Source: Octopus sinensis (Eukaryota). Taken from it: a stretch of 64,000 nt of DNA. Below the pieces are notes generated by a model, which had not been told where the DNA came from, ran no database searches, and saw only the letters and a program-made list of their open reading frames with translations. Both the position numbers and the translations under genes were made by a program. Below, piece by piece: positions 51,825 through 64,000 of this stretch; position 1 is the stretch's first letter; each line of letters begins with the position of its first letter. The stretch lies in NCBI RefSeq assembly GCF_006345805.1, contig NC_042998.1, forward strand, positions 135,470,001 to 135,534,000, in the 5' to 3' direction.

Positions 51825-52478
51825 ATTTCAAATTTTGGCACTGGGCCAGCAGTTTCTTGGAGGAAAGGGAGGTCGAGTACACTGACCTCAGTACTTGACT
51901 AGTACTTATTTTATCGACCTCGCAAGGATGAAAGGCAAAGTCGACGTGGATCGAATTTCAGCTCAGAATGTGATGACGGACGAAATGCTGTTAAGCATAT
52001 TGTCCAGCGTGCTAACGATTCTGCCAGCTCGCAGCTTTAGCAACAACAACAACAACAATGATAATAATAATAATAATTCTTTCTACTGGAAGCACAAGGC
52101 CTCAGATTCGGGGAAGGGATTAAGTCGATTACATCGATCTCAGTGTGTAACTGGTTCATATTTCATCGACCCTCAAAAGTATAAAAGACAAAGTCGACCT
52201 CGGCGGAATTTGAACTCAGAACGTAGCCGCAGACGAAATACCTATTTCTTTACTACCCACAAGGGGCTAAACACAGAGAGGACAAGCAAGGACAGACAAA
52301 TGGATTAAGTCGATTACATCGACCCACAGTGTGTAACTGGTACTTAATTTTATCGACCCCGAATGGATGAAAGGCAAAGTCGACCTCGGCGGAATTTGAA
52401 CCCAGAACGCAACGGCGGACGAAATACCAGAAAGCATTTCGCCCGGCGTGCTAACGTTTCTGCCAGCTCGCTGCTTTA
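51825..52478 (-). mobile_element. Cluster of SINE family B copies
   Basis: Three successive copies of the family B core. Similar copies lie at 54490-54700, 56000-56205, 56250-56450 and 58895-59170. Confidence 0.8.
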
Positions 52479-55400
52479 ACAACAACACCAACGACGACGA
52501 CGATGATGATGATGATGGAGTACCACCCAGAGATAACGACGGAACCTCATAAGGGTTCCTTGCAGATGTTCTCTTGTGATTTTTCGTGTAGTAAGAGCGA
52601 CTAGTATCATGGCGACCTTTTCCGTTTAGTGTTTCTGCATCGTTATGTAGGTGATCCTTAAGTGTTGCCAGTGTACAAACTGTATTGATGTATAGTGAGC
52701 TGAGTTCTTTCAAATTCTTTGTGGTTGAATGCGGTTTGTTGTGGCGAGATTCAGAGAAAAGTTTGCAATAATGAACGGTGGATCAAATGTATTTTTCGTA
52801 CTCTATTATTGCTGTATTTTCCTTTTAAGCCAATTGTGATATTCATCTGAAGCGCGGTATGTAATTTCTAGTATTTTAGTCTTGTGTGTGTGTGTGGTGT
52901 GTGTGTGTGTGATGTGTCTGTGTTACTATGTTTCATGACTGGGTATATTTGAGGTTCTATGCAAGTACTGGTAAGAAAAGATTGGATTTGCTAGGTGACA
53001 CTATCTATTTATCTATTCAATTATTTATTTGTTATTTCTACTTCAAAAAAAAAATACAAAAACAGAAAAAATCAAAATAGATAAATATCAATAGCAGATT
53101 TAAATGGATAGGTGAATAAATAATCTAGATAAAAGCAACTGCGTGGCTCACCTGAGGCTAAACCACAAGACCAACTACAAGACGGCTACCTAGAAAGTGA
53201 TGTAGACGAATAGGCGTCAAACACAGAATTAATTTCTACTTGGGCTTTTGAAAGAAGGGAATGGAGGTTTAAACACAATGCATAGTTTCTTGTGGCACAA
53301 TAATGTAAAACTGTATGCCGTCAGGAAGGAACAATCTGTTTACAAGCGAGTAAGCGTTTTACTACACACACACACACATTCTGTTTTTGAAATATTAACA
53401 GAATACTTTTTAAAAATTAAGTATAGTCTGGGTTGCACAGCGAATTAACACCGCCCAAGTAGCGAGAAACAGTGTCTATAGACATGGTGAACGACAGACA
53501 GATTATTACCAATTTCGGATCTTTAAATTAATTCAAATTTTCAGTTTTGCATGTTGATGACTATAATCACATAAATGTTTTCAAGAAATAACAACAACAA
53601 CAACAACAATAATAATAATAATAATTATTATTATAATGTTACAAGTATTTGAAATTATGTAATTTTCGCCAGCTAGAAGCCACCATTACAGATATGTCAG
53701 AAGTCCATCTATATACACCCCTTTTTGTCAAGTAAAAATAACAAAAATACAAATAAATAAAATCTCACCAAACAATTTCATTGTCCCCCTTCTTATCAGC
53801 AACTACAGAGGACATCAATTATAACCAACTATCACACTTAGCAACATAGACATACCACACACACGCAGAAAATAAAAATATCATACGAACTACAACTCGT
53901 CACATTTGTACTGAACTTTGTAAATATTAGACAAAAGTTATGATAAATATGAACTATTTCTTCTGTCCATTTATTTTCTGAAATTATCAACAATGTAACT
54001 CTCAGCTTCTTGCAGCCTTCTCAACTTGCCCTACGTAGCCTTTACCAAACTTACTACAAATACACAACTGCACTGTTATATCCTGCGACCTCTTCATATT
54101 AGCACAAATTGCATCATAAAATTACAATTGGTGACACTGATGTATAACATACATCATAACCATATTAGACACACACGCACACACACGCACACACACACAC
54201 GCACACACACACACACACACATACACACACATCTATATATATGTGTATACGACGGGCTTCTTTCAGTTTCCGTCTGCCAAATTCACTAAGAAGAGTTTGG
54301 TCAGCCTGCCCTATAATTCAGAAAATGATTCAGAGCTAAGCTTCACAAAAACGCACAAATATAGGAACGAATAAACATATCACATAAAAAATATTACTCT
54401 TAATTACTTTTTTATTTTCTACTTACTTTTTACTTGTTTAAGTCATTGGATTACGGCCATGCTGGGACATTGTCTCGAAGTTTTTAGTAGTGGAATCTGA
54501 ACTCCGAACGTAGCGGCAGACGAAATACCTATTTCTATTTCTTTACTACCCACAAGGGGCTAAACACAGGGAGGACAAACAAGGACAGACAAACGGATTA
54601 AATCGATTACATTGACCCCAGTGCGTAACTGGTACTTAATTTATCGACCCCGAAAGGATGAAAGGCAAAGTCAACTTCGGCAGAATTTGAACTCAGAACG
54701 TCGGGAAAGGCTGAATTTATTTCATCATCATCATCATCGTCATCATCATCATCATCATTCTCGTCCTCATCATTCTCATCCTCATCGTCGTCGTCGGCAT
54801 CATCATCATCAACATCAGCAACAACAAAAATCGATCGGCTGTAGGTGTCAAAGAAGTTGGTATCTTAGGGGAGCCAGAGCAAGGGTCCTCTTCAAGTTTC
54901 ACTAAGTTATCATTCAATAGCCTGAGAAAGCTCCTGTGTAAGGCAATAAGTTCAGCCATTTCCCCTGCAAAATCAGCTGAAACCAGAATTTCAGTCACAA
55001 ACTCCAACAAGAACAGGTGCTGTGTCCAAGCTTTCCAATGAGAAGTCCTGACATCGTCTGAAACTGTCAAACGATTGAAAATTGAGGCAAAAGCACGTGC
55101 AACAGGAAATGCACCAAGAGGCAACAAAAGACTACGAGTGAAAAGGAGGGTGAGTCACTTTCTCCAAAATGGCAGAAAACAGGTAGTATGGAATGTGACG
55201 ACAGTGACGGTGATCATGATATTGTAGATGATTCGGAAGAAGAGGCAGTGTGCTCCATCTACAAGATATTCTGGAGCAGATACAGGAGAAGAAAGAACGA
55301 AGTTGGTTACCGCGTAGCCCCGGTGATGATTAGGTTTGCCCTAAGCGTATTTTGAGAGTTCAAATATTTACTTCGTTTCCCGATAGTTTCATTTTGAAGG

Positions 55401-56546
55401 AAACCACTTTCACTTTCATGCGATCTTTTGACATGAAGAATCACTGAAATGTTTTATTGTCAACTTTGAAAGCCTATGCTAATTAAATGTTTTTGATAAT
55501 GTTGAGTTAAATGTACCAGAAAGCACCGAAGTGACTTTGTTAAGGACACAACTACGCACAAACCTATATGCGCAATATGAATCTCGCTTGCCTAATTAAC
55601 ATTTCTACTTTCAATTCTTAGAGAAAATTTTTCATGATCTCGAATAAAAACAAAAGAGATTTTTAACAGCCTTCAAACTCACCATCACAGTGTACCCAAC
55701 CAGTGCTGATGCTTTCTCAACTGGCAGAATGTTTATGCAAAGGCAACACCACATTCCCCTTAATGGCCACTGCAACACGTTGTATATATAGCAGAGGTGC
55801 TATCAAAGGACTCTAGCGGCAGTCAAACAAGGATCCGCTCAGATCCAGGTTTAACAGCCATAAGTTCTCCTTTAATGTTCAGTTAAGACGTAACGTCACA
55901 GCCTTGGATAGGCATGTATAGTCTTTTAAGAAAAGCGCCAATGATTACATCAAATGGAGAGTGCCGGAGAAAAGCAAACCTTAGCTCAACACTAGCAGGC
56001 TAAGCACAGAGAGGACAAACAAGGACAGACAAACGGATTAAGTCGATTATATCGACCCCAGTGCATATCTGGTACTTAATTATCGACCCCGAAAGGTTGA
56101 AAGGCAAAGTCGACCTCGGCGGAATTTGAACTCAGAACGTAACGGCAGACAAAATACGGCTACGCATTTCGCCCGGCGTGCTGACGTTTCTGCCAGCTCT
56201 CCGCCTTTAGAAAGAAAACGAAAAAACTGATATAATATTATTGTATTGTCAGAATCATTATCAAGCCAGGCAAAATGCTTAGCAACACTTCGTCCGTCGT
56301 TACATTCCGAGTTCAAATTCAGCCGAGGTCGACTTTGCCTTTCATCCTTTCCGAGTCGATAAATTAAGTATCAGTGAAATACAGGGTCAATGTAATTGAC
56401 TAGTCCCCTCACCCAGAATTTCAGGCCTTGTGCCACTAGTAGAAAGGATAATTATTATTTTTATTAATTGAGAAAATTATGACTGTCCTTGTAGTTTTCT
56501 CGGTAGAATCTTGATCGTGTAGCTACAAAACGCAAACGTCACCAGT

Positions 56547-56623
<77 letters not shown>

Positions 56624-56766
56624 GTATACGTACATTCATAAATACATACACATATATAAATATATACACACATTTAAACGATGCTGATGCTGATGACATA
56701 TATACATACATGTATATGACACCACACACAGACACTCATACATACATACATACATACATACATACA

Positions 56767-56796
<30 letters not shown>

Positions 56797-56797
<1 letters not shown>

Positions 56798-58067
56798 CAG
56801 GTAATCCCATAAGTTCTGTCCGAATTTTGAATAAAGAAAACAAGTGATCAAATGCTATATTTAACTGAAATTTAATCATCAATGTACTTTCCTTGATTAT
56901 CTTTGACTTCCTTCCATCTATTTACAAGCTTTTTAATCCCATTAATGTAAAACTCTTTAGGTTTCAAAGCGAAGAACTCTGAAATGTCAGTTTCGACCTC
57001 TCCTGGCTTGCGAAAGTTATGTCCCCCAAATGATTCTGTAAACTACGAAACAAATGGTAGTCTGAAGGAGCAAGGTCAGGAGAATAAGGTGGATAAGGAA
57101 TTTTTTCCCAACCAAGTTCTTCAATCTTCTGTGATGTGATCTTTGCAGTGTGGGGCCACGCATTGTCCTGATGAAACCTCACTCCTTTTCGATTCAATAA
57201 AGTGGGGTTTTTTTTCCTTCAAAGCTTTGTTCAAACGCTGTAATTGCTGACAGTAGGCTTGAGCATTGATTATTGCATTAGGTGGTAACAATTCAAAATG
57301 AATTACTCCTTTGCAATCTCACCAGATAGAGAGAAGAACCTTTCCCCCATGAAGTTCCCGTCTCGGTTGTGGTTGGGTCTTTTTCCCTTTTACCAAGCCA
57401 CTGTTTACGACATTTAACATTTCGATAGAAGATCCATTTTTTTGTCACCAGTCACAAGTCTATCCAAAAAGGGTGAAATGAGTTCACGAGAATGGAGAGA
57501 AGAGCAGATATCAACTCGAGATTTGTAGTTGCATTCGGACAATTTATGAGGCACCCATTTTCCAAGTTTAGGAACCTTTCCAAGTTGTTGAAGATAACGA
57601 TGAATAGTTGTGTGGTTTGAACTAAGCTTTATTGCCAATTCTTCAACTGATAATGCAGGATTTTCTTCAAGTAATGCCTCAAGATTGGACGTCCTGTTCG
57701 ATCTTCATCTTCAAGGCTGAAATCTCCACTTCTGAGTTTTGCAAACCATCTTCTGCAAGTTCTTTCATTCAAGCATTCTTTCCCATAAACTGAGTGTATG
57801 TTTCGAGTCGCTTCGGCTGCAGTTTCCATTTTTGTACTCATAAAGCATTATGTGCCTCAAATGCTCTTTGGATACTTCCATGTTAGAAAGGGTTTTAATC
57901 AAAGAAACTTTAATTCTATTATTCTGTAAAATGATATTTAATTAGTTTAAATGTGCACGAATGCATAAAAATAATTTTAAATTCCATTAGACATTCTAAA
58001 ATACTATCAAATTTCATTCAATTTAAAAAAAAAGGTAAAATCGGACAGAACTTATGGGATGACCTGA
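56797..58067 (-). mobile_element. Full-length mariner element (1271 bp) with a disrupted transposase
   Basis: TA TSDs and TIRs tcaggtaatcccataagttctgtccga / tcggacagaacttatgggatgacctga. Transposase motifs MEVSKEHLRHIMLYEY, WVPHKL, VTGD, HQDNA and YSPDLAPSDY. Confidence 0.92.
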
Positions 58068-58088
58068 TACATACGTACTGTACACGTG

Positions 58089-58304
58089 CGAGAGGTGCTG
58101 CAAAGTACCTAGCTTTGAGTAAAAGAAAATACAGGCGGATCTGCTAATTATGATTTTATTCATCATATTCCCCTCACAGATTCACATACTTATTGGAACG
58201 GTCCTTCAGTTTTTCTAAGCCTCGTATAAGAACTCGGAAGGCTGGGTCTCCAACCAAGCCTTTGGCAACATTCTTAAAGCCAGGAGACTTTTGGCGACCC
58301 CTCG
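58089..58304. mobile_element. Mariner-type MITE
   Basis: Imperfect TIRs cgagaggtgctgcaaagtacctagctt / aagccaggagacttttggcgacccctcg|TA. Confidence 0.55.
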
Positions 58305-59324
58305 TACATATATACACATGTACAGACACGCATACAAATTGATATAGATTATGTCAATAATATAAGTATATCAATAACGCCGAGATAAAATATTTAGATA
58401 TATATTTACATAAGGAGATATTCATGAAGTAGGACAAGGACATGAGAAAACAAAAGACGAAATTAAAGCAGATCCTTGTTGGAGTGGATATTTTCTTTTA
58501 TCCTTTGTCTTTAAAGACGTATCGTACAAAAAATTCCCTCACCCGTTCGCTCTCGTGTTTGTCGTTGTCGTTGACACCACCGTGGTAAGCTAAATATTTC
58601 TGCAGGTTCGTTAGCCCTCAGCGCATGCCATTGAATTTCATGAGTGAGCTTGGTGTACCGTAGGACTGGTATGTGAGTGGGTATAATGAGGGTGCACGCC
58701 ATGACATGTCTCCAAGATGTGGTTGCAACTGACGCTGTTGTGACGAGGGGGCATGTGCTATGGCTTTTCTGACCAACGGAATCTAATTTTCCCATAAGAA
58801 TAGGAATAGCAAGCTCCCTAGTCTGGTCAGATGTTTTGGGGGACAAGGTACGATGGTCAGCCAGCTGTACACCACCGAAGCTTTGTAAGGCCAGCAATTT
58901 TAGGGTAACGGGTTTAGTCGACTACATCGACCCCAATTCTTGACTGGTACCTTGTTTTAGCGACCCTGAGAAGATGAAAACAATTAATCTTGGAGTTATT
59001 TTAACTCAGGATATAATGAACCGGAAGAAATACACTGAAGCATTTTTTCCGACGCTCAACGTTTCTTTCAATTCACCCAAAATTCGCCCAGCAATTTTAA
59101 AGGGGAGAATGTCATTTAATATCCTCGACTCCAGTACTTGGTTGGTACTTTAGTTTATCCACCCCAAAAAAGATGAAAATACAAGGTTGTTTTTGTTGTT
59201 GTTTTTGATGATGATGGTGGTGGTGGTGGTGGTGCCGGCGGCGATGACGACGACAACGACGATGATGATGATAATGATGATGCCGACGACGAGAATGATG
59301 ATGATGATGATGATGATGATGATT

Positions 59325-59357
<33 letters not shown>

Positions 59358-60050
59358 GGGGTGGGGGTGGGGTGATGGCTGCGGCGACGATGATGACGAT
59401 GACGGCGATGATGATGATAATGATTTGTACTGTTGGCAGTTTTGAAGACGGGTGCAGCTATGCTTGCCTCAACATAATGTTTAGTTACAGATAAGCTCTA
59501 ACGTAGAAGAACTATGACCAAAGGATTTTCCTACTTTCTCCATTCTATCTTTTAATTATTTATTTTTTGGATTGATGATATAGTGCATCCATGGCTATAA
59601 TATCAAAAAGTATCATTCCCATTTTTTAAAAGCAGGTAAAGTGTGATTTGAGGATTAGTGGCTAGTTCTACAATAAAGTCTTCCATGTAGAGGACTCTAT
59701 CATGTATATCATAAATGAGTAGGATTCTCCACTCACACACACACACGTACATACACTCACACGCGTACACACTCACACATACACACATGCACTCACATAG
59801 GAGATGGATTTCGTATTAGACTTTTATTAGGTACAACATATGCTTCGACCCATCAATTTGATGGGTCGAAACATATGCTGTACATAACTGCGGAGTTCCT
59901 GAAGTAGATCCAACGGAAGTGTACCACAACTGCGGATGACAACAGGTTCTCTACTCAACCTTTAAACTCACTAATCGAATTCTACATATTTGCTCAAATA
60001 ATAATAATAATAATGATGATAATAATAATAATAACAATAATAATAATAAT

Positions 60051-61022
60051 ATGCTATTGATCTCGTGCAGGATACCCAAACTGAACAACCCGAGGGAAGT
60101 ACGGCAACTATTGTTGCAAAGAAGGTGAAAATGATGGCAACGAAAAAAGCGCACGAGCAATTGGCTGATAGGTGGGAGGAGAAACCTCTGCACGGCAAAT
60201 ATGTGACCCGCAGCAAACAAGCTGATGTTGACCAGAAGCAAACCCATCAGTGGCTACGGAGCTCAGGACTAAAAGCAGAGAGCGAAGGTTTCATCCTGGC
60301 TGCTCAAGATCAAAGCCTATTAACCCGGAACTACCAGGCCAATGTGATGAAAAATGGAGCAGACCCAAAATGCCGATTCTGCAACGACATGATTGAAACA
60401 GTGGACCACCTAATCTCTGGATGTAAAGTCTTAGCATCAGTGGAGTATAAATTAAGACATGACAGAGTTGGCCAATATCTACACTGGCTAATAAGTCGGC
60501 ATTACAATATCAAAACTGCCGACAAGTGGTATAATCACCACCCTGAGGCTGTAACTGAAGGAGAAAATGTAACCATTCTGTGGGACTTTCCAGTACATAC
60601 AGACCGAACCATCAAGGCCAATAAACCAGATATTGTTGTGAAAGACCAAAACAATAAAGTTTGCTTATTGATCGACATGAGCATCCCCTGTGATCATAAT
60701 ATCTCAGCGAAAGAGTTTGACAAGCTCAGAAAATATAAAGACCTACTCATTGAAATTGAGAAAATGTGGCATCTCAAGGCGGTTACAATACCAGTGATCG
60801 TAGGAGCACTAGGAATGATCAAGAAGGGAACCGAAAATTATATGAGAATGATCCCTGGCTTACCATCCCTGCAAGAAGTGCAAAAGATTGTCTTAACTGG
60901 TACATCACACGTATTGAGAAGAGCATTGTCGATGTGAGAACTGTTGCTGCTCATGTATTTTAATTTAACTTAAAAAAAAAAAAAAAATGAACGAACTATT
61001 GAGTTTGGTTTAATGGCCTACC

Positions 61023-61023
<1 letters not shown>
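60051..61023 (+). mobile_element. Dong/R4-type non-LTR retrotransposon 3' part with an open 290-aa frame (CCHC knuckle + RLE)
   Basis: ORF 60065-60937 contains CRFC..ETVDHLISGC..RHD..WD..KPD..LIDMSIP..K..KY. Both flanks are (TAA)n. Confidence 0.88.
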
Positions 61024-61084
<61 letters not shown>

Positions 61085-61085
61085 T

Positions 61086-61473
61086 ATGTCCCTTAGAGGC
61101 TGACGATATGTGCATCTCTGATCACGAGCAGAAGTAGTGGGGGAGCATCATAGCCATGTGCTGAGAGGAATTCTTCAGGGTTTGAATAATTCACCTCTGG
61201 AAACATGGGTGGTTCTTTCAACATCCTTAAACGACCCTTATTCAGGGACCTTTTGAGCAGGATAGGCTACTCAACCTGAAGAAAATTCTAACTGGGCCCC
61301 ACCTGCAAGGTCATGTGCTATTTATCTTGATATGAGATCACCATGTCGCGCACATATGGTTGTGATGCATGTGCCTGGTGTACCCTTATCAGACGGGTAG
61401 TCATGATGGGTATATTGGGCTTCGTATATTTTACCCCAGTGTCACTTTGATGGCATGAACTGCTCTCTCACTC
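61086..61473 (+). mobile_element. Probable retroelement 3' end embedded in (TAA)n
   Basis: A ~390-bp unique block sharply bounded by (AAT)n on both sides and ending ctctctcactc(aat)n. The family assignment is inferred. Confidence 0.45.
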
Positions 61474-61541
<68 letters not shown>

Positions 61542-61565
61542 CAATAATATTTATTATTATTATTA

Positions 61566-61735
61566 GTGGGTGTGTGGTAAGTCGCTTGCTTACCAACCAC
61601 ATGGTTCTGGGTTCAGTCCCACTGCACGGCACCTTGGGCAAGTGTCTTCTACTATAGCCTCGAGCCGACCAAAGCCTTGTGAATGGATTTGGCAGACAGA
61701 AACTGAAAGAAGCCCGTGGTATATTTATATATAGA

Positions 61736-61807
<72 letters not shown>

Positions 61808-62012
61808 TGTGTGTGTGTGTGTTTGTCCCCCCAACATCGCTTGACAACCGATGCTGGTGTGTTTACGTCCCTGTAACATAGCAGTTCGGTAAAAGAGACC
61901 GATAGAATAAGTACTAGGCTTACAAAACTTAAATCTTGGGGTCGATTTGTTCGACGAAAGGCGGTGCTCCAGCATGGCCGCAGTCAAATGACTGAAACAA
62001 ATAAAAGAATAA
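61566..62012 (+). mobile_element. SINE family A
   Basis: Full head-(TG)n-tail structure. Confidence 0.85.
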
Positions 62013-62395
62013 AAAAGTAAGAGATAATCTATATGGCCGGTCAGCGAGTGACCATTGGTTTCGTATCTATAAACTGCTTAGATGTATAGGCAGGGCCGTT
62101 GCATGACTTTTAGAGGTCCCCTGCAACTATTTGTTTCAAGGCCTCATCTCTTTGATCAAAATTCATAATCTACGCATCTTTTATTCATAGCTATATTTTA
62201 TTTTATTCTATATGATGTTCAATATTTCACATTATCCCAAAGAACATTTTTAAAAGTACAAGTTAAATTTATTTAGGGCTGAAACTATCGTATTATTTCT
62301 TATTTGGGAAGGCCAATATTTAATAGGGTTGAATATTTATTCAATAGACTCACAAATATAAGAAGACAAGCATTTGAAAATAACAACTGTATATA

Positions 62396-62430
<35 letters not shown>

Positions 62431-62641
62431 ATTATATTATATATATATATATATATAATATATATATAGCACTTGAATTTAGAAATAGCATTTTCAAGTG
62501 CTGTGTTTGCTTTTCAAGTGCTGTGTTTTTACTGAGATCTCCCTTTTAGTAGAAAGAATAGCTATAACTCTTTGACTGCTATTTCTAAATTCGGTGTGTG
62601 GTGAGGCAATTCGTTGCTAAATCCTTAATTGCTTAGTATTA

Positions 62642-62698
<57 letters not shown>

Positions 62699-62829
62699 AA
62701 TAAATATAAGAGAGTGGTCACTATGTGGCTCACTCTTGCACTAGAAATAGATCCAATAGGTTTCAACCACAAAATAAATGTTTCCCATGAAAGTCAGCAC
62801 GATTGTTATTATTCTCTAACCCTTATTAA

Positions 62830-62931
<102 letters not shown>

Positions 62932-63261
62932 ATATGTATGTATTATATATATGTATGTATTATATATATGTATTAATATATATATAACATATATATATAT
63001 ATGTATGTATATATATATGTATACATACATACATACATACATACATACATACATACATACATACATACATACATACATACATCGAAATTTGCTAGGATGA
63101 TCCGGTTCCTGACTGAAGATTAGATGCTTCGAATGACCCGTCCTTTCTTTGTGTCGTCTCTTTGTGTATTTTTGCGTTCTTGTCCCATTTTGTATTTTTA
63201 TATATAATTTTTATATACATATATATATATATACATACATGTGTTAAACCAAACAAGAATA

Positions 63262-63310
<49 letters not shown>

Positions 63311-63599
63311 ACACACACACACGCACACGCACAAGCAGATTCGCATGCTAGTATATTTGGACACTTGTTAGAAACCTGACTTTGTCATATAGAACTGGAC
63401 TTACTTGATGGAATTAAGTATTCGCTTGATGATGGAAGATCAGATGGAACGTACTACTCCGACTCTGAGCAGCCCAAAAACCGAATGCGAGAATTCTTTA
63501 TAACGTAGTAGAACTGCAACAGTAAACGTGTAAGTGGGTAAGATTAATCACTAACATTTCCAAAGTTTACCACGTCTATAGTTGTATACAACTATAGTT

Positions 63600-63651
63600 G
63601 TATACGTGTGAGACAGTACACGTGTGAGACAGTATACGTGTGAGACAGTAC
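63600..63651. repeat. 16-bp tandem repeat, 3 copies (gtaYacgtgtgagaca)
   Basis: Units start at 63600, 63616 and 63632. Confidence 0.85.
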
Positions 63652-64000
63652 AAACACTGTGACAAGCACACATTTGTGGTGACAGTTAAATCAGGCTGTT
63701 AATTCGGTTTCAGCAGCAGCCAGGGTTGGTAGTGATAAACGTCTAAACGTACAGAGATTATTACTATATTTTACTGTTTCCCCACCCCACTTACTCTCAA
63801 GCATCTACTTAGAAAGCAGTTTGTGGTAGGGATCAAGTGGGGACCAACAAGGGTTGTTACTCTTTACATAAGACGTGCATACTTCACCGTTTACCAAATA
63901 CCATTCACAAGTCAGTCTCCGATTCGAGGCTACGAAAGAAGAAATTTGTCCTATGCACAGTAGGATCGAAACTAGAACAACGTAGTTGCGAAGCCATTTG

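Noticed and set aside
60065-60937. Domesticated host gene
   Set aside because: It has no credible ATG start, is flanked by TAA repeats and has a decayed paralogue nearby, so it is best explained as a recent truncated retrotransposon.
63600-63651. CRISPR-like array
   Set aside because: The repeats are contiguous with no spacers, there are no cas genes, and the context is eukaryotic.

Overview
This is AT-rich, microsatellite- and transposon-dense animal DNA; the SINE families, RTE, Dong/R4 and mariner content suggest an octopus (inference). It holds two host genes, both on the minus strand: an HDHD3-like HAD hydrolase with a single coding exon (131-850), and a five-exon hydroxylysine kinase/AGPHD1-like gene (46879 to 27069, about 398 aa) reconstructed from splice sites. 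The rest is mobile DNA: Helitrons, Ty3/Gypsy remnants, an RTE LINE, Dong/R4-type and Tx1-like fragments, Tc1/mariner elements, hAT and piggyBac-like MITEs, two abundant tRNA-derived SINE families, a 5S rRNA pseudogene and a near-complete Naiad-type Penelope-like element (PLE) with an inverted partial copy. The most striking signal is a set of minimal hammerhead ribozyme (HHR) motifs. In particular, a ~670-bp palindrome (37257-37922) is built from two head-to-head copies of a small non-coding unit [tRNA-like Pol III head + (AAT)n + hammerhead + AT-rich tail]. It looks like a tRNA-promoted, ribozyme-bearing, PLE-mobilised SINE/retrozyme hybrid. All motifs were read by eye and no alignments or searches were run.
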